In this document: in pieces, positions 1 through 12,639 of the stretch
How positions within the stretch are numbered: position 1 is the stretch's first letter
Layout: each line of letters starts with the position of its first letter
Program-made: the position numbers and the translations under genes
Notes under the pieces: generated by a model
Told to the model about the DNA's origin: nothing
The model's database searches: none
The model's input: the letters and a program-made list of their open reading frames with translations, nothing else
DNA from: the human T2T-CHM13v2.0 reference genome, Homo sapiens
Direction: 5' to 3' (one strand)
DNA length: 64,000 nucleotides
Assembly: GCF_009914755.1 (NCBI RefSeq)
Contig: NC_060933.1

Positions 1-899
1 TGCAGAAGAATGGACAGAGGGACGGGAGGGCTGCAGAGCTGGCACTGTGTCCCTGGAGGGGCTGGTGGGGACTCACTGTTCGGGGGACAGGGGAGGCAGA
101 GTCCACACTCAACTGCTGCGTGGAGATGGGCATGAAGGGCAGGCAGGTCTGGCCTTGGCCTTGCGGTTTGTTTCCATTAAAGACCTTCAAGACCAGAAGG
201 GACCAATAGGGCCGGACTATGCAGGGAGAGAAGAGGTTCTAGGGAACTGAGTTCCGAAGTCTTCGTCTTCTCACTGTGCAATGGGGTTCGCCTATAAAGC
301 AGGCTGCTTGTCCTCGGGAGAGCTCATTGTGGAGAAACATCACTGGACAGAGCCCCTCCTTATCTGCATCAGACTCCTCTGGTCTCCCCGGTTGCCTTTT
401 TCTCTGCCCCTAAGGGCATCTGTCCCTGGAGAGGCTCTCAGGACAGTATCCTGGACACCCCCTGCCTGGACACCCCTTGCCCGGCACCCCTCCTCTCCAC
501 AATGTCATCAGAGAGCTCCACCTGCCCTTCTAGCCCCCTGGTCCAGCACTGCTGGTCATGAGGTTTGGGCCCTGTGAGCTGCCCAGATCCAAGCTGTGGG
601 GAAAGTTTGCTGAGACCAGTTTGGGGAACAGAGGGGCCTTGTTGTACCATTTGTTCTGGGCACAGGGGACCTCCTGCATCGTCTATCTCCTCCATGAGAT
701 GCTAGTTTCAGGGATTCCTTGGGGACACTGGAGAGCAGGGCTGGCTCAGGCAGGGGCCTGACCATAGTCCAGACAGTGCAGACCCTACCTGAGGTGCCAC
801 ATGGGCCCTCATCAGTCTTCTCTTCACACAGTGGAGTCACTCCTGTGCCTCCCCTGTCTGCACTCCATTGAGCCGGGAAAGGCCTGCAGTAGCCAATGC

Positions 900-1253
900 C
901 CACATTTGAGTTTCAAATGTGAATATACCCAGGGATTGCAATTTACCAAAAGATGAAGGAAAAGGCCTCTCCCAGTACTTGGTCAACATTATTCTGTGGT
1001 ATTTTTCAGATGAAATTAGCATTTAAGCCAGTATACTTTTAGTAAAGCAGATTATGCTCCATAATGTGGGTGGGTCTCATCCAATCAGTTGAAGGCCTTA
1101 AAGGAAGAAATACTGACCTCCCAGGGGAAGAGGGAATTCTGCCCCTGGACTCAAGCCACTCTTCCTTGGATTCTAGCCTCTGTAATCACACGAGACAATT
1201 CTGGACATCTCCTCCTCTCTTTTCTGTTTCTCTGGAAAACCCTGACTAATGCA
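900..1253 (+). mobile_element. MLT2-like (ERVL) LTR fragment
   Basis: Motifs gtaaagcagatt..ctccataatgtgggtgggtctcatccaatcagttgaaggcctt and terminal tttctctggaaaaccctgactaat-ca, recognised from memory of the MLT2 consensus. Confidence 0.7.
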
Positions 1254-1605
1254 ATTCTTGTTAAGCTGCTTTTAAGAAGTGTGAAGAAAATATTAAAAAG
1301 ATGTAACTAAGAATTTTGAGTGGACGATCTAATTATTTCACACTGGCTGAGATCTCCCTGATGTTGACATTGCAATGACACCGTGCACTTCTTGGGGTAA
1401 GAAAAAGTGCAGTCTCAGTGTCCCTCCCACTAAATAGGAAGGCAAATTGCCATTTCCCGAAAAGTCCAGAATAGTAAGTAGGTTGACGAGTAACTCTTGA
1501 AGTTACATAAGACAAATCAGTTGCAACAGAGGATCATAAACCCCTCGTGTACGGAAGGAAAACAAGTTTGTCAATGTGCAAACTGTAAGTCTAAGTTCCT
1601 ACTTC

Positions 1606-2198
1606 TGTAAAAAGTAGAGTTTCCTCTTCAAAGACTTTCCTTCCCATCTCATTAGAAATAAATAGTAACTTCTCTTAGAAGCAAAATTTATTCAAAGACC
1701 CGTGCTAACATTCTTAAATATCTGCTAGCCCTAATAAAGAAATCAATGTACTTTATGTTCTTAGCTCCCACAATTTAGCCTAAATATTTGCCCTGGCATG
1801 CTTATACTAGTCCAAGCAAGCTTTAGGTCATTGCCTGTTCCTCTTCTTTACTCGAAGGTGTTTTTACTTTTTTCAGCATTCCACAAGTTACTTCCTCCTT
1901 CCTTTGTTCTCCTCTGCCTTTTCCTCTTTAAAAAAGTTCTAAGTTGCTAGCCAATCAGGACAAATACAGAATGTGAGGTCCCGTTCCAGCCACTGGAAAC
2001 TGGACACAGCAGTAGGGTGGATGCGTCAGGTTATAAATGACACTGTCTCCTTTGCTCAGTATACTGTTGTGGCAAAACTGCTGGCGAGTGTACATTTTCT
2101 GCAGAAATTAAAAAAAAATAAAAATGGCCTTGCTGAGGAAATTAAATTTACATTCAAGTGCTATTTCTTTACCGCACTGGGAACAAGCATTTCAAACA
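1606..2198 (+). mobile_element. Solo ERV1 LTR, LTR10-type (LTR10C-like)
   Basis: TG...CA termini; 5-bp flanks acttc/atttc (4/5 TSD match); CCAAT ~1951; TATAAA ~2032; sequence resembles LTR10C. Confidence 0.75.
1794..1823. promoter_or_regulatory. Candidate p53 response element (three contiguous half-sites)
   Basis: TGGCATGCTT ATACTAGTCC AAGCAAGCTT vs RRRCWWGYYY: 1, 1 and 0 mismatches, all CWWG cores intact, no spacers. Confidence 0.65.
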
Positions 2199-3699
2199 AT
2201 TTCAACCCTGCTGGACTGCATCAAGTGAGGGCCGGCATGGAAAAGCGGCCATGCTGAGGTGCCCCGGAAGCAGCTTCCGGAGTGTGCATCAGAGTTTCTG
2301 GCCATTTGAGCTAAGACTTTTCTTCTGACAGACTAGAAGTGAAAAAAAGAATTATTTACTTTGCTGGGAAATGTGACAAAAGGTTAAAATTCTACTAGTT
2401 CATAAAATATTTGAAGCTAACTTTGTTTTTATAAATAAAATTGTATTTACAATTTAAGTTTTAGTTCTCATCCTTGCTGTTATAAAAGTTATTCTAAGTT
2501 ATGTCAGTCTTTGAGGGTAAATGTAGAGTATTTAAAATAGCTTATATTTGGAAAACTGAACAGTGTTTGTTGTCATGATTTTACTTTGTTCTTGACCACA
2601 TTGGTCCCAGAGAAAGTCAAGGTCTTCACCCACGGATTCAAGATTCTTGTGGCAGCTGCTGAATTCTTTTCCAACAATGCTTGGGCCTCATCAGCGTCAT
2701 GTTTATGCACTACCCCAGCCCCAACCACAGACATGGGCAGGAGGAACAGAGCTCTACCGTGTAGCGTCACTGCCAGTAAGAGTCTGGCTCTCCCATGAAG
2801 CATTACTCTTCCTCTGCATGTATTTTAGAATTTCAAAAGCCATTTGGCCTCCATTTCTTTAGATTGTGGATAAGATCCATAAACTTGTACTGGGGTCACT
2901 GTTCCTCCAGCCTCTTTAGCACGTATCTGCAGTCTCATTTCCAGGCTGTTTCCTCTATGGGCCACTGCCTGCAGAATTCCCAGATGAATCCATTGCCCAT
3001 TCCCTGTAGCCACATCTCCAAATCCACAGCCGTTCTCGGCAGCTGCCTGCACACTCACATCCCAGAGGTCAAGTTGCCACAGCTGGTGTGTGTCTCCAGC
3101 CACTAGGCAACCCCAGGTCTTCATCTGAGCACCCAGGGCCAGAAGTCTCACCCTGTCCCCCGTACCATCCCTTCCCAGCCAGCCACAGTTTCCTTCCTTC
3201 TGTTGCCCACACAGTGCTCTCAGCCCCAGATGCCCTTCCTGACACTTCCTCCCAAGGAAACCCAAGTCCTCCGTCAGGGTCCACCCAAATGTCCACACCC
3301 TCTGGTAGCCTGCCCAGCCCCAGAGGCTCCCCTGAGCTCCCTTCCCCCATTAGAGCCTACAGAGGCAGTGCTGCCCAGCAGACATCTCGGCTGGGAGTCA
3401 AACAGAGCAAGGCTATTTTGGTCCCTCTCTCCACTCTATGTGACCCTGAAATATGCCCTGGCCTTAGGAAACATTCAGCTACATCAGAGAACGTGAGTAT
3501 GCATGTGGTTTGTATAACACAGGCAAGACATGGTTTTTAGATACCTTCAGAATAGATAGTTACAGAGAACAGGTATGTTACATGTGGGAAGGAAGAGACA
3601 CAAGGGCCAAGAGATACTTAATATGCATGAGGCTCCTGGGCACTAAATGTTCAATTCACAATGTGCCTTTATACAAGAGACACCTAAACATGCAGAACC

Positions 3700-3854
3700 A
3701 TGGGGCCTTTGTTCACCACCATTCCTGGTGCCCATTCTGGTCCCATGCGTCCTCTGCCCAAGAAACACGTAGAACCCATGGTAGTGCGACAGCTGCTTCT
3801 TGGCAACTCCACCATGATCAGGCACACTTGTCCCATGTCTGTCCCGTTGAGCCG
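3700..3854 (+). CDS. FAM157: FAM157 putative coding exon 1
   Basis: ATG at 3700 in strong Kozak context (accATGg); encodes MGPLFTT...SVPLS(R); donor GTGTGT at 3855, phase 2. Confidence 0.75.
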
Positions 3855-4536
3855 GTGTGTGTCATAAGCCCTTAAGCTGTGAGCACTCTTGCCCAGACCT
3901 CGGCTCTGGTCCTCGTGGTCACACCTGAGTGGGTGAGGTTGACTAGCAGAGAAAGAAGAGAACCGATGAATGTTGACAGCACAGGAATCAGGTCATACGG
4001 CCCTCCCATCTCCTTCCCTCAGCTTCTTGCTGTGTTTTACGAATGGATTTTATAAACCTGTGATTTGAGCATCCTCAGTTGCTTCTCGAGCCTTTCCGCT
4101 CCATGAACTCTGGGACAGCTTGCCTGGTACTGCAACTGGAGGACATCATTGCATCCAGAGAGCTTCCCACATGACAGTCTGTGAGCAAGGGACTTCGCCT
4201 CCCTGGATGGTGGTTTTCTTTTATGTAAAAGATGTGATCGTAGTCTCTATTTCTCAAGGGTGCTGTGAGAAACACACAGAATAAGGCCACGTGAAAGTGT
4301 GTGGCAGGTAGCGGATGCTCAGTAACGTGAAGCCTGCCCTTCCCGTAGCCTTTCTCTTCCTCCACTAGGTCTAGACTTCACATTGTCCCATGGTTCGAGA
4401 TCCTTGGTTCATCCCAAGTCTTATCATCATCCCAGAAGGTTGGAGGGAGCTCCTGGGGAAATCCAGCTTCACGGTCCCACACTGATCACTTCCCCTGGGC
4501 ATGGCCTGGTAAATGCAGCTCAGATCCGCTCCCCAG

Positions 4537-4598
4537 GCAAGTCAAGGAAGTTGCTGCCCAGAAACCAAGTGAGGACATTTACAAGAACCGGCAGCGGC

Positions 4599-4640
<42 letters not shown>

Positions 4641-4746
4641 TGGATTTGCTTTTTCACCAGAGGATCCAGATTTCCCTGTGGCCTCGCAAACAAAAAAGAA
4701 GGAAGACGGAGCAGCACAGTCATCCCTTTGTGAAAAAGGCATTCAG
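4537..4746 (+). CDS. FAM157: FAM157 putative coding exon 2 (polyQ)
   Basis: Acceptor ccccAG at 4535-4536; encodes [22 protein letters not shown]13-LDLLF...KKAF; donor GTAACT at 4747; 210 nt. Confidence 0.8.
4589..4639 (+). repeat. CGG/CAG trinucleotide repeat, (CAG)12 CAA core
   Basis: cgg cag cgg cgg, then (cag)12 at 4601-4636, then caa. Confidence 0.97.
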
Positions 4747-6799
4747 GTAACTGAGTGACTCAGCAAGCCTGGGTCTTGGGGAAATTACGAATACCTGGTT
4801 GAAGGGCAGTCCTCAGGCAGAGCCCCTGAGACCCGTTGAACTCTAGAGTGTGGGAGCAGAGGAGATTCAGGGCCTGCCCAGGGGCAGAGTGCCCCCAGGA
4901 CTCGCCCTGGCTCAGTTAAGGACTCCCCTCAGGATCTGCAGAGGTGCAAGGCAGGGTGCACTTCTGCCTGGACTGAGCTGGAAATGCAGCCGTGTGGCTG
5001 AAGTGGCCACTTCCTGCTTTCTGTAAAGCAGCCACGGGGACCTGTGAACAGGTAAGACCATTGCTCTTGATTACTGAAGAACTAGAAGCCAGGACTCCAG
5101 CAGCCTTCATTGTGTGAGAGATGCCAGCACTGTGGCCACAGCCTGACAGCTGTGCAGGCCACATAATGTGTGGGGCCGAGTGGAAAACGTGGGGTTTTTT
5201 TTGTTGTTGTTGTTCAAAATCATGAGCTTCCAGGGGTGGCAGCAGAGCTTTAAACTACTCTGGGGCCCTTCTGAGCACAGGACTTGGTATGACTGCACAG
5301 GGATACCTGGCAGGCCAAGTGCAGGGACAGAGCGGTCTGCCCAGAGGCCAGCAGGTCCCCAGTCAGTGTCTGGCACCAGCTCCCTTCATGACCTGGGCTG
5401 GCTCAGTTCCACGGGACTCCCAAGGCTGGAGGCTTCCCTGGAACATCATCCTCAGGGATTTCCCAACAGGAGCAGCCTCTGGCTTCAGATCTGTCCTTGT
5501 TTGACTCATAAATTATCACTCAGACTGAGAAAATTAACACTCAGTGATTCCTGAAAGGGTGCCCAGTGCAATAGATAATTTTCAAAGTGAGTTCATCGGG
5601 GGATTTAATAGCCAGGCAATGTCCATTAAAACAGTGACAAACATGGGGAGAAAAGGAAAAGTTCCAACTGGAAACTCATGCTGGCTTGACAGTTGTTCTC
5701 AGGGAGCAGAACAGAAGTGGGCATTTTCATTCTGGTTACACCATCAGCGATACCTCCACGGAGCCTCTCAGCTGGTTCCTCCTGGGTCTGGGCCACAGGC
5801 CTCCCAGTATTGCCGGTCTCGGAAGACATCTGTGGGCAGGTTCTGTAGAGGGAATCTGAGGCTGTGTGGGATGAGCTGCAGGACCCCATGTGGGGAAAGG
5901 CAGGAGGCAGCACCAGCTCCTTCACCAGGACCTGAGGGTACTGTGGCTCATCAGGGGCCATCGAGGACATGGAGACCCTGCACAGTGTTTGAGGAGTCCT
6001 GCTACATCAGTTTATTCTGGTTTAGGTGGTTGAGGGGAGACTCAGTGAAGTCTTGGGGGTTCCGGGCTACACTGCCAGCCTCTGGGACAGCAGCCCCAGT
6101 GTCCCCCGACCCAGGCCTTGCTCCTCCCTGCTGATGAACGCCCACTCTGCTCCCAGATGCACACCTGTCCTGAAGACACCCGGTTCTCATGCTCTTCTCT
6201 GCAGCACCTGAATTGGGCATTCCTGGGTAAAGCTGTTTAAGTTACTTTCACTTTTATCCACTTGTTTCCGTTATTTCAACCATGCACGTCCCTTGTGTAT
6301 GTAGGATAAAGGTGTCTAAGAATAAAGGTCCATGATTTAAAGTTTTTTCCTCTTCTTTCCCTGTCCTGACCACCTGATCATAAACTTGTAGAAATAAAGT
6401 GGATCTCATGTTGTGTATCTTTCGATGCATCTAGAGAGATGGTTACATTCATATAAATAAACGGGCACATCCAGCACACTATTTCTAGTTGTCGTCTGCT
6501 AATAAGTTTACATCTGGTAAATGCCAGTGTTTCATCAAATGGCTGCATTGCACATGAGTCAATCTGTGTGACAAAGAATATGGCAGGTTTTGTACAGCCT
6601 TTGTAAAGACATTCTTCAATGCTGCCTTTTAAAATAGAAATGTTAAATCCTGTAACTAATCAACCTATGCCTTGTTAGAGGGCTGACATTTTCAATAATT
6701 CCTTTACAAAGGGTAGTGAGATGCATCAGATCCCCCAGTGGCCCCCAAGTAGGGACAGTGACAGTCAGCAGTTCTTTACGGACACCTGCTCCGTGGCAG

Positions 6800-6950
6800 G
6801 TTCTCCGCCGGCCCTGGCTGCAGGCGGCCCTCATCTAACAAGATGCTTCGGTCCATGGGTGGAGGACAAAGGCCTATGGGCTTGGGGAGCGAGTTCTTTC
6901 GTCTCCTACATGACCTTCATCTGCTCGCGTTTGCCACGAAGCGCATCTGG
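6800..6950 (+). CDS. FAM157: FAM157 putative coding exon 3
   Basis: Acceptor gcAG; encodes [50 protein letters not shown] (overlaps track ORF 6843+); donor GT at 6951. Confidence 0.75.
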
Positions 6951-8183
6951 GTTGGAAGGAGATGGTGGTTTCCCACGGAAGTCTGGTCCCTAAGTGACGC
7001 CTCTGCTGCCTACATCAGAATCTCCCAGGCTTGCTCCACAGTGGTCCCGTCACGTGGTGCAGACTCATGCGCTGTCTTGTGTGTGCAGAGGCAGGCTTGG
7101 TCTTGTGTGCTCTTGATCATGCACCTAGTCACATCTGTTCTACAGTGTTGCATTCTTCTAATTTCCATGCACATCTTTGTATAGGCGTGTTCCCATTGTT
7201 CCCATGCCAATAAGTGGTGTGCAAGGTTCCAGAGTGCGCCAGTATTTCTTTAGTCGGTGTCATGCTGTTGGATATTCAGGTTTTTTAACCTAGTGTAAAT
7301 AACATTCACATTTCTAAAAACCAGAAGAGTGTTTGTGATTAAGATATCATCTTAGTGGATATTAAATTGCTGCATCTGATTTCATTTCTCTTTCCCAAAT
7401 AGTCAGTTGTGTGGGCTAGTCTCATTCTGAAACTGCACACTCCCATCCCAGAGGTAGAAAGCGAGATCTCCTGCCTGCATTTCATGGAGCATGTGATTAT
7501 GGAGGTGTCCAGTCCCAGCAAACAGACCCCACATTCTTTTCCTTCAGTGACTCAGACGCAATATGTGGAGAGTCCCAGACAGTATCGCTCCCTCACGTTC
7601 ATTAACCTCCAGAGATTAAACATCACCTGATACACAGAACTGTGGGTTCCCCGTTTGGCTAAGCATCAGGTGCAGCCAGGTTCTTACCTAGGTGCACGTG
7701 ACAAGGTGCTGCCAGATGCCACCAGCGCAGACAGTCAGTGAGCCCACCTCATCAGAGGGCACATGAGATCCCCAAATGAGAAAGAACTCTAAGGAGCCAA
7801 AATCTGCCAAGATGGGTACATTAAAGCTTGCAACTTTGCACGTGAGTGCACCCTCAGACTCAGCCAGTTTATTCTCCTTTGCAGTCCATTCTGAAAAGTC
7901 CAGCCAGATGATGGCTAAAGAGTAGAGAATGGAAGGTGGAAGGCGGTTGCTGCTTGCAGAAGAGGCACGCTGGCAGCATTGGCAGGGAGGAGGAGACTGG
8001 AAACTGAGTAGCAGATCCGAGAAATCAAAATGCTCAGCAAATGAGGGCAGGTGGCATGGAGCTACTTCCCTGGGTCCAAGAGCCTAATTACCTTATTGTT
8101 CCATAAGTTCATGGCCTGCGGTCATAGGGAAAATAAAACACTGACTAGGGGTCGGTCTTTTCTGTTTAGAGGAGGCTCCTTGA

Positions 8184-8410
8184 AACCTCCCCCTCCCGGG
8201 TTCAAGCGATTCTCCTGCCTCAGCCTCCCGAGTAGCTGGAACTATAGGCGCCCGCCACCACTCCCGGCTAATTTTTTTTTGTTTTTTTTTTTTGTAGAGA
8301 CGGGGTTTCACCGTGTTAGCCAGGATGGTCTCGATCTCCTGACCTCGCGATCCGCCCGCCTCGGCCTCCCAAAGTGCTGGGATTACAGGCGTGAGCCACC
8401 GCGCCCGGCC
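8184..8410 (-). mobile_element. AluY-like, lacking 3' end/tail
   Basis: Diagnostic gttagccaggatggtctcgatctcctgacctcgcgatccgcccgcctcggcctccc; CpGs retained. Confidence 0.9.
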
Positions 8411-8900
8411 TTAGCTGGTTTTTCAAAAGTCATGGCGTGTAATTGTCCGAACAGTGAACTTCGGAGATCCACCGGAGGGGCGAGGCCACAGCTCGACCGC
8501 GAGCACCTGAGCATCCTGCACCGCCTGCGACGGCCGTCAGGGGGCGCGATGCCGCCTCACAGAACCTCAAGCGGCGCCCGGGTTCCGGCACAGACGGCCT
8601 GCGGCTCCAGGGGGCGGAGCCGAGCCGTCTCCTCAGGACCTACGCAGGAGGCGCCGTCATCCCTACAGGGACACCTGAGAGGGCCCAGCCTCCTCCTCCT
8701 CAGGACCCACTCGGGAGACGCCGCTGGCTCTCTAGGAACACCTGGGGACCGTGGCCAGGGACGACCCAGCCTCCTTCTCCTCAGCTCCTCAGGAACGACT
8801 GGGGAAGCTGTGGCTTCATGGTCCCCGAGGCTGCCCGAGGAAAGGTGAGGAAAAAGCTTTCTGTCCCGGCTCAGTGCTGAGGAGGCCGCGCTGCCTCGCG
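8330..8900. promoter_or_regulatory. CpG island-like region with CTCF-like motifs
   Basis: Dense CpGs; CCGTCAGGGGGCGC at 8534-8547 and GCTCCAGGGGGCGG at 8604-8617. Confidence 0.65.
8467..8844 (+). CDS. FAM157: FAM157 putative coding exon 4 (CpG-rich)
   Basis: 378 nt open: [20 protein letters not shown]...[11 protein letters not shown]; donor GTGAGG at 8845; acceptor is weak (poor pyrimidine tract). Confidence 0.75.
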
Positions 8901-9231
8901 CTCCACTTTCTCAAGTTGTATTTATTTTATTTTACAAAGTGGCCCATCATTAAGTGGCTTTGTTATTCATTATTACAGCATACCTGAGTTGTTTCATTTT
9001 TTAATTTTTGACCAATTTGGGTTTGTTTGGGGTGGATCCGGGACAGAGAAGGGAGAAACCCTGAGGGCAACATGGAGAGCCCCAGGGAGACGCGCACCCC
9101 ACGACTTGCTTTTATTTGCGTTCCAGTGGCTCGTTTTTCTTAGAGTGTTAAAGTACTTGAAAAATATTGAAGAGCAGATGTAGATGTGAGTTTTCACAAC
9201 CGTATTTTAAGTGTAAATACTGGACTTTGTC

Positions 9232-9575
9232 TGTTAAAAGGATTTGAGGTAAAATAAATTTAAGCGGAGTTTATTTCAGCAAAGGAATGGTTCATGAATC
9301 ACGCGGGAAGCACCAGAACGGAAATCGGCTTGGGGCTTCGAGCTCTTAGGGTGGCCCCTAAGTGAGGCTCCTCAGTGGCTCCAGCTAGGCCACCGCCTGT
9401 TGTGGGGATGGTTCCCTCAGCGTCCCTAGTCATACAGCCAACTGGCTGCTGGGCTTTTTGGCATTGACTGTGGTTGGTTTGTTAATTTTTTTAAGTCAGT
9501 TCAAATGCCTCCAAGTTCGGTTTCTGTTTGCTTAGGGAAGGCCTCAGGCTAACCCCCGCCGTATTTGCTTTAACA
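9232..9575 (-). mobile_element. Degenerate ERV1-type LTR
   Basis: tgttaaa...tttaaca inverted termini; reversed AATAAA (tttatt) near the left end. Family not assigned. Confidence 0.45.
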
Positions 9576-9823
9576 TGTCAAAACCATAATTTATTTTTCA
9601 TTTTACTTTCCTGGCATTAATAGAAGTAAATTCACATTTGTGTGTTATTCAGAAAGTCGGTTTAATTGGCAACCTATTTGTGATGGTGCATAAAGTAATG
9701 TCTTTTAATCATTGGCATCTTAGATTAGATGAAATATGTTAACTCTCTTAAGCTTTGTTATTAACCCATAACAAGAGTTAAGTTTCTTTTTTTCTCCTAG
9801 GCTTTGACCATTTAAAATACACT

Positions 9824-10745
9824 CAGGCATCTCGTAACGATGTTATACTTTCTGAGAAATCTGTCCTTAGGTGATTTCATCTTTGTGTGAACACTGTAGA
9901 GTGTCCTTATAAAACTTAGATGGTGTAGCCCACTCCACACCTAAGTTACATAGTATAGCCTATTGCTCCCAGGCTACGAACCTGTACAGCATGTCTCTGT
10001 ACTGAATGCTGTAGTCAACCATAACACCATGGTGATTGTAGATTGTGATCCCAGAATATCTGAGACAGGTCTCAGTCAATTTAGAAAGCTTATTTTGCCA
10101 AGATTAAGGACACGCCCATGACACAGCCTCAGGAGGTCCTGACGACGTGTGTCCAAGGTGGCCAGGGTAGAGCTTGCTTTTGTACATTTTAGGGATACAT
10201 GAGACGTGTAAGATGTACAGTCATTTGGCCCAGTAAGGCGGGACAACTGGAAGCAGGAAGTGGAGGTGCTTCCAGGTCAGAAGTAGGTTAGAGACAAAAG
10301 GTTGCATTCTTTTGAATCCTTCATCAGCCTTCCACTGAATACACAATTTAGTCTGGCTCAATGAATCTGCATTTTTACATAAATAATAGGGCAGAGGAAG
10401 CAATCAGATATGCATCTGTCTCAGGTGAGGGATGACTTTGAGTGCTGTCTGTCCTTTGTCCAAAAGGAAATTCTTTGTGGGCAAATTGTGAGTGAGGTAT
10501 GTAGCTTTTTATCTTTGTAGCTATCTTAGGAATAGAATGAGGGCAGGTTTGCCTGACATAGCTCCCAGCTTGACTTTTCCCTTGGCTTAGTGATTTGGGG
10601 GTCCTGAGATTTATTTTCCTTTCATGGTATCAGAACAGAGAAAAGGTAATGCGTTGAGCCATGAGCTTATGACAAGATGGCTAGGAAGGAATTTTTCAGC
10701 TCCATTTTTATCTCATGGGACCACCATCGTATGTATGCAATGCAC
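9824..10745. mobile_element. Tigger3/MER7-like DNA transposon split by an LTR insertion
   Basis: ttctgagaaat...tagcctattgctcccaggctacgaacctgtacagcatg (9824-10030) resumes after 10625 as aggaatttttcagctccatt..atgggaccaccatcgtat. Confidence 0.65.
10040..10624 (-). mobile_element. MER4-family (MER4A-like) LTR
   Basis: gacacagcctcaggaggtcctgacgacgtgtgtccaaggtgg ... gggtcctgagatttattttcctttca. Confidence 0.75.
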
Positions 10746-11536
10746 GAGTGTAAAATCACATTTAGTTAAGTCAGCTTACACTAAGCTATGGACCCAGATG
10801 GTCCTGGGGCCTTTTTCCACTGGGAGATCTTTAAGGACCTTTCTTAGCTTTTCTATGCTAATTGGTATATTCATAGTTGCCTTATTTCAGTGCCCATTTT
10901 GTTAATGTGTATTTTTACTAGGAAATCACCCATTTTTTCTAGGTTTCCAGTTTGATGCAATTATTTGACTTTTAATTTCTCCTCTGTTTTTAGTTTTGTA
11001 CATAATTTTCCTATCTACTTTTGCACTCTTTTTTCCATCAACAATGTTTTTAAAATATACTTTTTAGCTTTTTTTGAAGAATTGTTATGTTTGACAATTT
11101 TTTATGACCTAATCATGACCGTAAATGATTTTTAATTAATTTCAGCTTAATGTCTTTTGTAGGGCACAACTGTTAAAATACAAAATTACAACAAATGTGG
11201 GTTTGCAGATCTTAATTGGCTTTTTTTGTGGTTCTAGAATCAGGCAGCAGTCCAGACCAAAAATGGTTCAGAATGATCTGCCACACAACATGTGCGGGTT
11301 ATATTTATAGCCAGAGAAAAAAAGTGACATACAGAAAACAGAAGTGAGGTATAGAGGTGGCTGGATTGGTTACAGACCTGGTTACAGCCCGGATTTGCCT
11401 TCTTGGAACTTGTTTTGAACAGCTGGCTGCCGGCCATTGACTGACACTCGGCTGATGTGATTGGCTGAACCGCCGCTATTTGTTACCATGATACATTCCC
11501 AAGTCAGATTTACAGTTTGTTTCTATACTAAATTAG

Positions 11537-11860
<324 letters not shown>

Positions 11861-12443
11861 GCGACTCTTTACAAGGACTCCTTGGGAGGCTTCTAGAGCC
11901 CAAATGTTGTTTGATGTAAGAATTCCTCCCTTTTGGTCAGCCTCTCAATTTTGAGATATTGATCAAAACTTTGGGCATTGGTGTCACTCTTTGTTATCGT
12001 TGTAAATTGAGTTATTAGTACTTATTTGCTTTCAGTGTGGCATTTTCAAGTTTTATTTGGTCTCAGTGCCCTCTGGGCAATAGCAGAACACTGTGTTGTG
12101 TAAGGCGGAAATAGAGCAATAGAAAATAACAACTGATTTGTTAACATCAGATTACTTCAAGTTACTTGTTTTGGTAAGAATTAAAGCAGAGGGGACTTCT
12201 TTATGCTGACTCAGGTAGACTGGAATCTCTTCAGGGAAAAAGGGAGATCTTTTGGGATCTGTCTACTTCCTTAAAGTTTCAGCTTCGTTGTGTGTCATTC
12301 AGCGTGAGTGTCTCCATTCTGGTTTTGCCTGCTCAGTGTGGCCTAATGCGGGAGTGGTGACCGAAACAATGACCTCCCGTAGTTTGTTCCACAGTTCTCC
12401 CCTTTTGGTTGGGTTCCTGCCTAGGTGAGGGTGTGACTAAAAC

Positions 12444-12639
12444 CTTAGGGCATTAGCAGTATTCTCAGTAACTATCATTTTAGGGTTCCGGTCTTAGGGC
12501 ATTAGCACTATTCTCAGTAACTATCATTTTAGGTTTCCGGTCTTAGGGCATTAGCACTATTCTCAGTAACTATCATTTTAGGTTTCCGGTCTTAGGGCAT
12601 TAGCACTATCCTCAGTAACTATCATTTTAGGGTTCCGGT
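12444..12639 (+). repeat. 49-bp minisatellite x4
   Basis: Unit cttagggcattagcactattctcagtaactatcattttaggtttccggt starts at 12444, 12493, 12542 and 12591. Confidence 0.97.

Noticed and set aside
2795-3540. Overlapping 90-157 aa ORFs in GC-rich sequence upstream of FAM157
   Set aside because: No recognisable homology; mostly non-ATG starts; expected by chance in GC-rich DNA.
4383-4742. PolySer, polyLeu and polyAla ORFs
   Set aside because: These are alternative frames and strands of the CAG tract; only the polyQ frame fits the splice phases.
5544-6134. 196-aa ORF in FAM157 intron 2
   Set aside because: GTG start, no domain similarity, no supporting splice structure.
8051-8848. 265-aa track ORF as a gene
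   Set aside because: The N-terminal half is antisense Alu translation and the remainder is an alternative frame of FAM157 exon 4.
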